A stretch of DNA of 64,000 bases from Octopus vulgaris. Lineage: Eukaryota. This document shows, in pieces, positions 43,185-57,820 of the stretch; the first letter of the stretch is position 1; each line of letters begins with the position of its first letter. A program made the position numbers and the translations under genes. The notes beneath the pieces were generated by a model. It made no database searches. It saw only the letters and a list, made by a program, of their open reading frames with translations, and was not told where the DNA came from. The stretch spans positions 26,536,001 to 26,600,000 of the forward strand of contig OX597824.1 in NCBI GenBank assembly GCA_951406725.2, written 5' to 3'.

Positions 43185-43222
<38 letters not shown>

Positions 43223-43385
43223 CGTATATACGACAGGCTTCTTTCAGTTTCTGTCTACAAAATCCATTCACAAGGCTTTGGTCGACTCGAGGCTATAGTA
43301 GAAGACACTCTCCCAATGTGTCATGCAGTGGGACTGAACCCGGATTTATGTGGTTGAGAACCAAGGTTCCTATCACACAGCCACA

Positions 43386-43448
<63 letters not shown>

Positions 43449-43452
<4 letters not shown>

Positions 43453-44292
43453 GAAATATTAAAATTACTAAGTCTCTCTAAAAGAGAACAGCGGCAGCGT
43501 TCCCGGAAAATAATAGTTATCGCCATACTAATATGGCATTCTTATAAAAATAAGAATAAAAGCTGTCCGCTTATTAGCTCCATGAGGCCATCGCCTTAAG
43601 TTAGCTATTTGATACACAAACTGTATCCATATAACCTTCGAACAAGGGAGGTCAGTCGCTCCACACTACTTGACCGGCAGCTACAGACGCGTTTCGGGGT
43701 ATTGCCCCTTTTCAATGCAGCGTAGCCAGCCAGTAGGTGTCGCTTCTGACAATCTCTGTTCGATGGTTTTATTTACCTAGTTTCGGTGGAATACATCCAC
43801 TTGTTTTCAATTATATGGATACAGTTTGTGTATCAAATAGCTAACTTAAGGCGATGGCCTCATGGAGCTAATAAGCGGACAGCTTTTATTCTTATTTTTA
43901 TAAGAATGCCATATTAGTATGGCGATAACTATTATTTTCCGGGAACGCTGCCGCTGTTCTCTTTTAGAGAGACTTAGTAATTTTAATATTTCTATTATTG
44001 AAAACAAGTGGATGTATTCCACCGAAACTAGGTAAATAAAACCATCGAACAGAGATTGTCAGAAGCGACACCTACTGGCTGGCTACGCTGCATTGAAAAG
44101 GGGCAATACCCCGAAACGCGTATGTAGCTGCCGGTCAAGTAGTGTGGAGCGACTGACCTCCCTTGTTCGAAGGTTATATGAATACAGTTTGTGTATCAAA
44201 TAGCTAACTTAAGGCGATGGCCTCATGGAGCTAATAAGCGGACAGCTTTTATTCTTATTTTTATAAGAATGCCATATTAGTATGGCGATAAC

Positions 44293-44297
<5 letters not shown>
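43449..44297. mobile_element. 363-nt HHR unit: one exact monomer on minus (43449-43811) plus 1.3 tandem units on plus (43811-44297); retrozyme-like
   Basis: Period 363 (43821 vs 44184). The two ends of the left copy are found joined (TTTCTATT|ATTGAAAAC) in the right copy. Bounded by (TA)n. Confidence 0.9.
44087..44128 (+). ncRNA. Minimal type I HHR with U3-A8 core variant (mirror copy 43680-43721 on minus, GUC site)
   Basis: GCUGCA UUGAAAA GGGG caaua CCCC GAAAC GC GUA UGUAGC; palindromic stem III ACGCGU. Confidence 0.85.
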
Positions 44298-44337
<40 letters not shown>

Positions 44338-45049
44338 CATACATACATACATACATACATACATACATACATACATACATACATACATACATACATACAG
44401 TAAGCTTCTACATAATTTCCATCTCCAAAACTACCTGACTTGGTTTCGGTCGGCCTGTTGCTATTGGAGAGAAGACGCTGGCCCAAGATGCCGCTAAACA
44501 ACAACAACAGCAACAGCAAAATGCAACCACCTAAATAATGTGAGTTACCTTTTAACAGTCAGGTTTCTCGTCCAGCAGCTATTTTATGATCCCGGCCACT
44601 TATACGCCATGGAAACCGAGTAACCAGCCCTCTGGGTACCTAGCCTTGAGGCAATAATGTCAGCGGGTAGATGATGATGATGATGATGATGACGACGATG
44701 TTGGTGATGATGATGATGATGGTTAATATGATGATAAAATATTTGAACCTGTCTCTGTAATCCGTTAAATGATTTTTGTATTAGCGAATGGAGAGCGCGT
44801 GTACAGTATCGAAACCGTGACACCAGAAATACCAGCCTTTCTTTGGGACAGGCGCGGCATCATTGATTAGAGTTCCTGTCCGTTAATTAAAGCTCTCAAC
44901 TGCGGAAATCTTCAATGAGGCCAATTAAGTTACCAAAAAGTAAATAAATAACATGTTAAAAATAGAAAAAACAATATACAAAAATATGCAAATCACCGAT
45001 AGAGAAATACAAACAATAGACGAACCACAACAACAACAGCGATAAAGAC

Positions 45050-45650
<601 letters not shown>

Positions 45651-45885
45651 ATAGTCGCCATAGCATTCTTCCGGTCTGGTATTGTTTTTAGTATTACTTT
45701 GGTTCATCATGGTTGTAGATGTTGTTGTTGTTGCTCTTGTTTCGTTATCCTGTCGGCGTCTTTTCATGTCGCGGCACGTGCCTGCTGACAATCAAGTGTC
45801 ATCGATATGGTGAATGAGGAGAGGGGATTGGTACGAGGCATGGTGAGCGGTGGAGGTGTGGAGGACAAGCGACACCACACAACCA

Positions 45886-45964
<79 letters not shown>

Positions 45965-46023
45965 GTCTATCTGTCTGTCTGTCTGTCTATCTCTCTCTCT
46001 CTATCTATCTATATATCTACCAG

Positions 46024-46435
<412 letters not shown>

Positions 46436-46966
46436 GTGTCTATGTTTGTTCCCTCTTCATCACTTGACAACTGATGTTAGTGTTTACATCCCCGTAAATT
46501 AGCGGTTCGGCAAAGACACCGATAGAATACGAACTAGGCTTACAAAGAATAAGAGCTGACGCCGAATTGTTCGACTAAAGGCGGTGCTCCAGCATGGCCG
46601 TAATCAAATGACTGAAACAAGAAAAAGTATACATATGTGTGTGCGTGTGTGTGTGTGTGTGTGTTTGTTGGTTTGTGGGTGTGTGTATATACACATATAT
46701 ATACTTCGTATTTATATCTTATTTTCAAAATTCCTGATGTGAGTTCATGTGTTGAAACAAATTTTATTGTGTCGAGGGAGACTCATTATGCCTTAATATA
46801 ATTCACTCAATTTACACTTATTTATTTATTCTAAAATCGGTCGCAAATGCAGCGAAGGAATAAATAAATGAATAAATGATTGGAAATTGAACCAGGGATT
46901 TATATGAATTCACTATAAATCTCCTCAAACACAACAATATATATATACATACATGTGTATGTTTGT

Positions 46967-47380
46967 ATGTCCGACACTCGCATCCCAAAACAGCTCTTCT
47001 ACGGTGAACTCAGCCAGGGCAAACGCAAAGTCGGAGGGCAGAAGAAGCGCTTCAAGGACAGTCTCAAAATCTCTCTCAAAGACTTCTCCATCGGCACAGA
47101 GACTTGGGAGACACTTGCTGCCGACCGCTCATCCTGGCGCAGCGTAATCACCACAGGAGCAAAGACAGCCGAGGAGAGACGGATTCAGTCAGCAGAACAG
47201 AAACGCCAGATGCGGAAAGCCAGAGCCAGCTGCACCAATAGCACAGCCCCTACCCACTTCTGCCCCACCTGTGGGAGGGGCTTTCTTGCCCGGATTGGCC
47301 TCACCAGCCACCTCCGGTCTCACAGCAGCAATTCCACCAAATGATGTCAATGGTCATCTTCGAACCCGAAGGACGAACAT
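46967..47380 (+). mobile_element. 5'-truncated RTE-clade (BovB-like) LINE 3' end with C2H2 finger
   Basis: RIPKQLFYGEL..GKRKVGGQKKRFKD.LK..W...A.DRSSWR..CPTCGRGFLARIGLTSHLRSH*, then TGGTCATCTTCGA..CGAAGGAC 3' hairpin. Confidence 0.92.
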
Positions 47381-47489
47381 TCATATGTGTGTGTGTATAT
47401 GAGTGCATGTGTATGTATCTGTTTGTGTATTTGTCCCCACTACTGCATGACAACTGGTTTTGTTGTGTATAAATACACGTGGTTGATTT

Positions 47490-47850
47490 TATCTTTAATA
47501 AAATTAACCATATGTATTGAACCTGATGGATTGGCATCCGATTGCTCATAGCCATCATGGTAATATGTACGTGAAACGAGGTGTCGTTACGCTTATCAAT
47601 CCCCAGATCACGCACTGTAGTTGAATGTGGGATTGCCGCTCATTTTCTTCCAAGGCATATGAGCACTGGCTAGTTCGTAGCGGAGTGCTTGGAAATTGTG
47701 TCTTGCTTTCTTCAACACATATATGGCGTCTAGATTAGCATCCGATAGTTCCTTGATTGCTTGTACTACATTTGTGTCATCGGCACAGCTAGTAAGTGCA
47801 GCTATCTGTGCCATTGATGGCATATCCGAGAGAACCACCACAAACAGCAG
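47490..47850 (-). pseudogene. CR1/L2-like RT fragment
   Basis: LTSCADDT and RDLGI motifs, decayed. Confidence 0.6.
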
Positions 47851-47908
47851 TGGCTTCAAGACGGTTCACTAAGGAAACTCCACTCTTTTATATATGTGTG
47901 TGTGTGTG

Positions 47909-48356
<448 letters not shown>

Positions 48357-48938
48357 ACAGTAAAACAGTATATCCACGCACACACACGCACACACACACA
48401 CGCACACAGACACACGCACACACACAAACAAACAAATATACACATGCACACATAAAATTTCAGGATGCAAGCCAATCAAGTTCTTAAAGAATAAAACACC
48501 AAGTTCGGGTCAATGTACAAAACGCTATCATGTAGAAAACAACAAAACAACATTAGAGGATCATGTATGTACATACCGAAGTAAAGAGATTAATATTCCA
48601 TTTACATGTAGGATTACAAGCGTCAGACTAAATATACCACAAGTTTCAAGACTGTATCTAGAAACAAATACTGCAGTAAGTGTACTTTACTCAATTGACT
48701 CCAGATCCACGCCAATTGCAGGTTCCAAGTAATGTGACTAATAAACTAATAGCAACAGATGAACAACACTTCACGCACTACAGCTGTTGCAGACTTGCTT
48801 TTTTTTTTTACTGATGAATAAATTTATTACATCATGTATGAAACTTCGGCAAGAGAAGTTCAGCAGGGAATCATGAAATGGCACATACTTCGATTTGGTT
48901 GGAATCTTTTTTGCTTGTAAATGGTTAAGACGTGCATA

Positions 48939-49029
48939 TATTCAGCTGATGAAAACGGTGTTTTACTTCACATGATGTAATAACATTATTCATCAATGAA
49001 AAACGCGCCTGAAACAGCTGTAGTGAGTA
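48939..49029 (+). ncRNA. Type I HHR-like motif with long stem II
   Basis: UAUUCAG CUGAUGA AAACGGUGUUUU...AAAAACGCGCCU GAAAC AGCU GUA GUGAGUA; palindromic stem III; G.G mismatch at the base of stem I. Confidence 0.65.
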
Positions 49030-49067
49030 AACTACTTTCCATTTTTTGTTTATATGTCTTGGTATAT

Positions 49068-49178
<111 letters not shown>

Positions 49179-49321
49179 GTGTGTGTGTGTGTGTGTGTGT
49201 GTATTGGCCTGCTCGCTTAGCCAGCGGGTTGGCGTCATTTGAAGGCTAAAACAGTGCGAAGCGCATTGTGACCAGCAATGTGTAGCAACATTTGATAGCC
49301 TGGTGGGTCACGGTGATCACG

Positions 49322-49366
<45 letters not shown>

Positions 49367-49404
49367 ATGTGTGTGTGCGTGTATATTATATATATATATA
49401 ATAT

Positions 49405-49446
<42 letters not shown>

Positions 49447-49722
49447 CATACATACAAATATATAGTGGCCGTGCCCCAGCAGGGTCGTACCCCCTGGTTG
49501 AAAGTAATTGAGTAGATAAACAATTTGTGTGAGTACGTGTGCGCCCACGCATGTATGTATATGTGATATGTACGTGAGTGTGTATATGTGTGTGTGCCTG
49601 CGTGTGTGTATGTGTATGTGTGAGAGTGAGTATACCTAAAAGTACGCATATATACATGTCTCAGTGAATTTGTGAGTAGTTGCGGTTTAACATACATACA
49701 TTCGTAAGTGTATGTGCGTGTA

Positions 49723-49764
<42 letters not shown>

Positions 49765-50096
49765 TATATATTTGTGCCTGTGTGGGTGTGTTTATATTAT
49801 CATTCAATGTTGTTAATTAGCAGTGGAAACTACGGCGGCAAACATCAAAGTGTTTAAAGATTTGGTGAAACCAATTCTCAAGAGACAACCTGCTTAGCAG
49901 TACGTGACTCACTAGTATTGCCTCCATTGTTTCCATATTCGTGTTGTTCTTGTTACTGCCGCTTTTGTTGTAGCTGCTGCTGCTGATGATGATGATCGTG
50001 ATCATAATGAGAAATATTGCCATGAGCTGTTTGTTCTTGTAGTGTTCCCCTCATTAATACTCCCGTGGCAAATAAAAGAAAACATCTTAATCGTCG

Positions 50097-50140
<44 letters not shown>

Positions 50141-50399
50141 GTGGTGAGCTGGCAAGAATCGTTACCACGCCGGGCGAAATTAGCGGTATTTCTTCTGCCG
50201 CTATGCCCTGAGTTCAAATTTCCCCGATATCGACTTTGAGTTTCATCCTCTCGGTCCTTGTGCCTAGAGTAGAAAAGATCATTACTATTATTGTTATTAT
50301 TATTACTCAGTAGTTTTATTTTTATCACGTGCTTTTCAAAAATTAGCGTCGATCTTTTCAAAAACTTGCGTCGAATTTTTGGACACAAAAGTCAAGTTT

Positions 50400-51250
50400 T
50401 CTGGATGCAGAATAGTGACTGAGTTATTTTGTAAAAACTATGTCATTTCATATTTATCTCCACCGCCGCTCTGATCATCCACATCATACAACCAGATCAA
50501 ATCCGAAGTCCCAGGATTTGCACAGATATTGGAGATTATTGGAAACATTCAAATACTTTTGTGCCCCATTATGTAAAGCGCAGTTATAATGAATTAAGAT
50601 TAAAGGAAATCGCGAATGACATAACTGAAATTAATAGAGATAATCAAACTTTCACATCTAATTCTAGCAGTCAGAAAAGAGCTTATGGCCAAATTCCTTT
50701 AGTGATTAACTGGCACCGAAGTTTCTCTGGTATTTCAAAAGTGTTGCATCACAGTTACCAACATATTTCAGAAAAATATCCTCATTTCCGACAAATATTT
50801 TCTCTTCCGCCTATTGTAGCCTTTAGACGTAACAGAAATATTAGAAAAATACTGACCGGTATCTTTAATAAAAAATTCCATTGGAGTTTCGGACGGCTGC
50901 TTCCCGCCAAAACACCCATAAGAGAGGTAAGTCCTGTTCGTTGTGCAATAACATGAGTAAGACCAATTTTATCAAGAATTATAGCAGAAATGTTATTATT
51001 TACACAGAAGGAGGGACCTGTAAGGATTCCCATTTGGTGTATGCAGCGGAATGTACTATACACAAAATGATTTATGTTGGTTGCACAACAGAGCGATTAC
51101 AAAAACATTTAACGGACATAGGCACGACGTCAAGAACAATAACAGTGGTTCCACGGAACTTGCAGAACATTTCACATCAAATGGGCGTAAATTTGAGGTC
51201 GACTTAAAGGTGCACATTCACTGCCCTTTCAGTCCTCAAAATCCATGAGG
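50400..51250 (+). pseudogene. Penelope-like element C-terminus (thumb/linker + GIY-YIG), Neptune/Poseidon-like
   Basis: LHRRSDHP; IPLVINWH; PPIVAFRRNRNIRKIL; CSLC; LVYAAECTIHKMIYVGCT; FNGHR; ELAEHF. Confidence 0.88.
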
Positions 51251-51414
51251 ATAGATATATTTGTGAGCTGTTTTGTTTTTGTTTATTATTTGTTTTTGTT
51301 TATTTGCCATAAACTGGTAATATAAACAAAATAAAAACATAATAAAATATACAGATAAATAAACAAATGGAAGTAAATAACTATATACATTAAAAATAAT
51401 AATAAAAATAACAA

Positions 51415-51461
<47 letters not shown>

Positions 51462-51949
51462 GTAGGTGTAAACACAGGAACGAAATAAAAATAAACATAA
51501 ACAAAAACAAATCACACAACGTATATAAAGAGGAGATACAAATATTACAAGCACTTACCCCCCCTCCACACACACACTAACTAAACATAGACACACATAG
51601 AGGTCTACGCATGCGCAAATGAAGACACATACAATAGGAATACAAAATACAAAATGGCTGACCGTTAGTAAGGAGCGACACACAAATAAGAAATAAGAAA
51701 GCAAAGGACCACTGATGAGGTCACAGAACGGTGACGAAAGAACTCTGGCCGAAATAAGATTAAGATTAATGTACAAAATAAATAACACTGAAGCAAAGTA
51801 ACACCAAATATATAGTGCGTGTGTTTTTATTGGCTAAACTGGCAAAATGAGTGTTTTCCGTACACCTAGGACAGAGAAGCTCATTGTATGCATTCCAAGA
51901 TTGCACACACAAATTCACAGGTAAAATATGTATTTAAACAATTAATAAA

Positions 51950-52468
51950 TAAATAAATTCATGAATGGATGTTATTTTCACAGCGATAATGCTCTTCTCA
52001 GTACATGAGCCGTTCCAGTTAACACTATTTTTTGCACTTCCTGCAGGGATGGTAAGCGACATTATTTCAATTTCTGTTAGCAAGTCTTTATATTTACTGA
52101 TCTTGTCAAAATCTTTCGCCGCTATATTGTGATCGCAAGGAATACTCATGTCAATTAATAGACACACCCTTTTTGTTTGACCTTTTATAATAATATCCGG
52201 TTTATTAGCTTTTATAGTTTTGTCGGTATGTACGGGGAAGTCCCATAGAATCGATACATCTACTCTCCTCATTGACCACAAACTTCTTATTTCCCACTTC
52301 AAACCGTAATAATTGTTTATTTTTTCCTTCTTTCTCTTTGATCCTATTGTCACCGGGACATGCTATGTCGATTATCATGCATGCTCTTTCTTTTTTACTC
52401 ACCATAACAATGTCCGGCTTCCGATGTCTGGTCAGGAGACCGCACTGAATCATTGTATTCCACAGGAT
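51950..52468 (-). pseudogene. Two fused R4/Dong endonuclease fragments next to (TAA)n
   Basis: ILWDFPVHTDKTIKANKPDIII..LIDMSIP..KISKYKDL and ILWNTMIQC..HRKPDIV..IIDIACPGD. Confidence 0.85.
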
Positions 52469-52479
52469 TATTATTATTA

Positions 52480-52562
<83 letters not shown>

Positions 52563-52896
52563 GAGTGATAGAGCAGAGCATGCCATCAAAGTGACACTGG
52601 GGTAAAATATACAAAGCCCAGTATACCCATCATGACTACCCGTCTGATAAGGGTACACTAGACACATGCATCACAACTATATGTACGCGACATGGTGATC
52701 TCATATCAAGATAAATAGCGCGTGACCTTACAATTAGGGGGGCTCAGTTAGAATTTTCTTCTGGTCGAGTAACCCATCCCGCTCAAAAGTTCCCTAAATA
52801 AGGGTTGTTTAAGGATTTGAACGAACCACCCATGTTTTCAGAGGTGAATTTTTAAAACCCCAAAGAATTTCTTTCAGCACATGGCTATTATTATTA

Positions 52897-52998
<102 letters not shown>

Positions 52999-53682
52999 TA
53001 TTATTATTATTATTACTATTATGCTGCCTATTCTGTTCTCTGATATAAATACCCAAAATTATAGGAAAATCTCCTTTATATAATCTAACTTTAAAATTCT
53101 AAAATTATTGACCTCATTTACAAATGAAACCATATAAATCAAAGGTAATCTTTGTGTATGTGTTTGTGTACTGTATGTGTATGTATGTAGTGTCTGTGTG
53201 CAGTTTTTCGCGATGTATATGCGCATGCGTACAAAATCCTCACCTTTGGCCTACGACGGCTATCAGTAGGAACATTTACAATGAAGATGACACTTTGTCT
53301 TTCAACTGATCTGTCTTTCTCAAAAATGGTTATCGATACTTCCTGCCCTCACTACGCTATATAAAACCAATCATTAAACAAAAATATCGATCTCATATCA
53401 TATCAAGTAGGCTGTGTAGTACAGAAGTGATTGACAGAGATGCATGACAGGTGATAGATGTTCGCTAGAGGTATTAAGCACGCATTTATAAAACATTATG
53501 CGGACATAATTACACAAATACATAAACGTACACGCAAACATAAGCACGTTAACATCGAAAAGATAAAGCGACAAGTGAGATAATTAGCAAATCAAACAGC
53601 CTACGTTCCTAACTGGCAATGTGTGTATGAACGTAGGCTTGAATGTAATTGTCTCTCTCTCATCATGTGTATATATGTGTGT

Positions 53683-54061
53683 GGAGGCGCAATGGCCCAG
53701 TGGTTAAGGCAGCGGACTCGCGGTCATAGGATGGCGGATTCGATTCCCAGACCGGGCGTTGTGAGTGTTTATTGAGCGAAAACACCTAAAGCTCCACGAG
53801 GCTCCGGCAAGGGATGGTGGTGATCCCTGCTGTACTCTTTCACCACAACTTTCTCTCACTCTTTCTTCCTGTTTCTGTTGTACCTGTATTTCAAAGGGCC
53901 AGCCTTGTCACACTCTGTGTCACGCTGAATCTCCTCGAGAACTACGTTAAGGGTACACGTGTCTGTGGAATGCTCAGCCACTTGCACGTTAATTCCACGA
54001 GCAAGCTGTTCCGTTGATCGTATCAGCTGGGACCCTCATCGTCGTAACCGACGGAGTGCTC
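53683..54061 (+). mobile_element. Full-length tRNA-derived SINE family B
   Basis: GGAGGCGCAATGGCCCAGTGGTTAAGGCAGCGGACTCG...GATTCGATTCCCAGACCGGGCG tRNA-like head; second copy at 39818. Confidence 0.9.
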
Positions 54062-54110
54062 TTATGTGTGTATGTGTTTGTCGTTCTCTTTCTCACTGTA
54101 TGTATACATA

Positions 54111-55330
<1,220 letters not shown>

Positions 55331-55764
55331 TATGCGCGTGCGTCTATGTACGTGTGTATGCGTGCATGCGTATGTGATTGTGTTTGTGTGTGTCTCTGAC
55401 TTCGTGTGTGTGTGTGTGTGTTCGAATGTGAATGTGTTTGTCTCTCTCTCTCTCTCTCACCATTCTGTTTATATATGCGTATATATGTGTATATGTGATT
55501 GCATGTGCGTATGAACTTGTCTCTCTCACTCTGTGTGTGTGTGTGTATGTATGTGTGCGAGTATGTTTGAATTTGTCTCTCACTATATGTGTGTATGTAT
55601 GGCTTTGCCATTCTCAGTATATTCCCAGTATATGTGTGTATATTGTCTGTGTGAGTGTGTATGTGCGTGTGAATGTGTGTGTGTGCGTTCTTGTTTGTTG
55701 AACTGTGTGTGTGTGTGTATGCGCGTGTATAGCTTCATAATAAATAAACGAATAGACAGAGAGA

Positions 55765-56453
55765 TACGAGAGGAAGTCAAAAATTATCCGCACTTTCACC
55801 ATAACAAATCTTTATTGTCATACTGCCTTCTGGGTATGTGTGCTTATAGTTGGTATTGTTGTGATCACGGAATCGAAGTTTGAGCCTGATCGCGCCATTT
55901 TTCTTTCTGGCTCCACTAGCAATGTGCATGAAAAAAAGAACAAAAAGCAATGATCCCATTTCTCTGTAGAGTATGATCAATATTGCAAGATACAGTGCTT
56001 TGCTGGCCAACAAACTGAAGCCAGCAATTCGCACTAAATGTCGAAGCCTATTGTCGAAGAAAGTTTTGTTGTTGCATGACAATGCACGTCCACTCACGAC
56101 CGCGCAGACCGTTGAAACCATTAACCAATTGTTTTTTGGGGGTACTGGAACACCCTCCCTACAGCCGAGAGCTCGCTCCTTCTGTCTATCATATCTTTGG
56201 ATCGCTGAAAGATGGTTTACGAAGTCGTCGATTTCCTACGGATAGAGATGTGAAAGAAGCGGTGCATAAATGGTTGCATGACCAACGGAAAATCCTCTTC
56301 TTGGAGGGAATATGCAGGCTTGTGTACCGCTGGACCAAGCACATCGAAAAGGAAAGAGACTATATAGAAAAATGACGTACTTGTTTATCCCCTGCTTTAG
56401 TGTAAATACATTGAAGAAACAAGAGTGCGCCCAATTTTTGACTTTCCCTCGTA
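55765..56453 (+). mobile_element. Internally deleted mariner element (duplicate at 58471-59158)
   Basis: TIRs TACGAGAGGAAGTCAAAAATT / AATTTTTGACTTTCCCTCGTA; LLHDNARP, HPPYSRELAPSVYHIF, RW.K.IE...DYIEK. Confidence 0.92.
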
Positions 56454-56610
56454 TACAATAAATAAAATAAATGCGCCCTTTTAAAGCCTACCCAGGTTCA
56501 TGGGCCCGTTTTTCCGGTTTCAATGTCGTTTCCCGGTTTCATTAGTGACTGGAAAAAGGATATATGTATTTGCAAAGTGGACCCCTTCGCATCTAAGACC
56601 AGTGATTGTC

Positions 56611-56654
56611 GTGCGCTGATGACGGGTAAAATATTCAGAAACCCGGGTCCGTGC
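56611..56654 (+). ncRNA. Minimal type I HHR (duplicate 59316-59359)
   Basis: GUGCG CUGAUGA CGGGUA aaa UAUUCA GAAAC CCGG GUC CGUGC; canonical core, palindromic stem III ACCCGGGU. Confidence 0.75.
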
Positions 56655-56870
56655 GTATCACGTTGGGTCGACGACGGGAATGATGGTTATCCTTTGCAAA
56701 TACTGTTAGGGCACAGAAAGTGTGTCAATAGTCAGCTGAAGAAGATGTATCCTGAGGTTACAAGCTACAGTAACATCCACCCTTAGTGGTTAGCCACATT
56801 TAAATGGCAAATATACTTCACATTGTAGTACATTACTGTTCATACTTCGTTCAGAGATTTATTATATATA

Positions 56871-56922
<52 letters not shown>

Positions 56923-56938
56923 CATACATATATGCATA

Positions 56939-57038
56939 NNNNNNNNNNNNNNNNNNNNNNNNNNNNNNNNNNNNNNNNNNNNNNNNNNNNNNNNNNNNNN
57001 NNNNNNNNNNNNNNNNNNNNNNNNNNNNNNNNNNNNNN
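56939..57038. other. Assembly gap (100 N)
   Basis: Direct reading. Confidence 1.
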
Positions 57039-57744
57039 GTCACGTGTGGGACGAGTCGGTTTATCAGCTGAGTCTATCGTCAATATTGTCACGCCTCCTT
57101 CCTTCAAACGGGAAGGAAGAGCTATTTTCATCATCCTTGTGGCTATGGCGAAAGAATGTATCTGGTGGACGCGTCTGAAAGGATTGGAGACAAACACTTT
57201 CCTCTCTGGTCAATCTCTCATCAACTTCTTCAAGTACCACTTGAAAAGGAAAGTGAGAGTAGAGAGGCAAGTTTTGTCTAGCGAATGTTTTAAAAAAAGA
57301 TGGGTGAATGTAGCAAGAATGGCACGTATGAATGACGAAGCCACCTTGAGCATAGTCCTATGAACCCAGAAATCGAAAACAGAGAGTTGCTTATTTGCAA
57401 AAAAAAAAAAAAGAAATATAAAATGTGACATCATTGACCGAGGTTACCGTGGTCTTTTCCGTAGGCTTTTCTTTGCACGGGTAAACCTCACCTGTCCTCC
57501 CCTTTACACTTCATATTGACATTTCTGTGATAACGATCCCTATTGATCAATTTTTTTTCCTCCCCCCTTTTTTTTAACCCCCCCTTTTTTTGTCCTCTTT
57601 CTCTCCTTTTACGATCCCTTTTGATCGAAACTCCCCCTTCCTTTATTTTTTATTTTTTATTTTTTTCTTAAACCTTCAAAAGAAAAGCTCTACCTTGTAA
57701 TTTGTTCTATCTGTGTGCAGCCCTGTGTGGCTAATAAAGAAACA
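57039..57744 (+). mobile_element. Tx1/L1-like LINE ORF2 C-terminus and 3' UTR
   Basis: Open frame ...LVAMAKECIWWTRLK...CFKKRW...* (AKxxIWxxR motif), T-rich UTR, AATAAA, (CTAT)n. Confidence 0.75.
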
Positions 57745-57750
57745 TATATA

Positions 57751-57820
<70 letters not shown>

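Noticed and set aside
53683-53760. tRNA gene
   Set aside because: tRNA-like head continues into a SINE body present in multiple copies; no proper acceptor stem or terminator.
56523-56786. 87-aa ORF duplicated at 59228
   Set aside because: No motif; overlaps an HHR; the duplication is likely artefactual.
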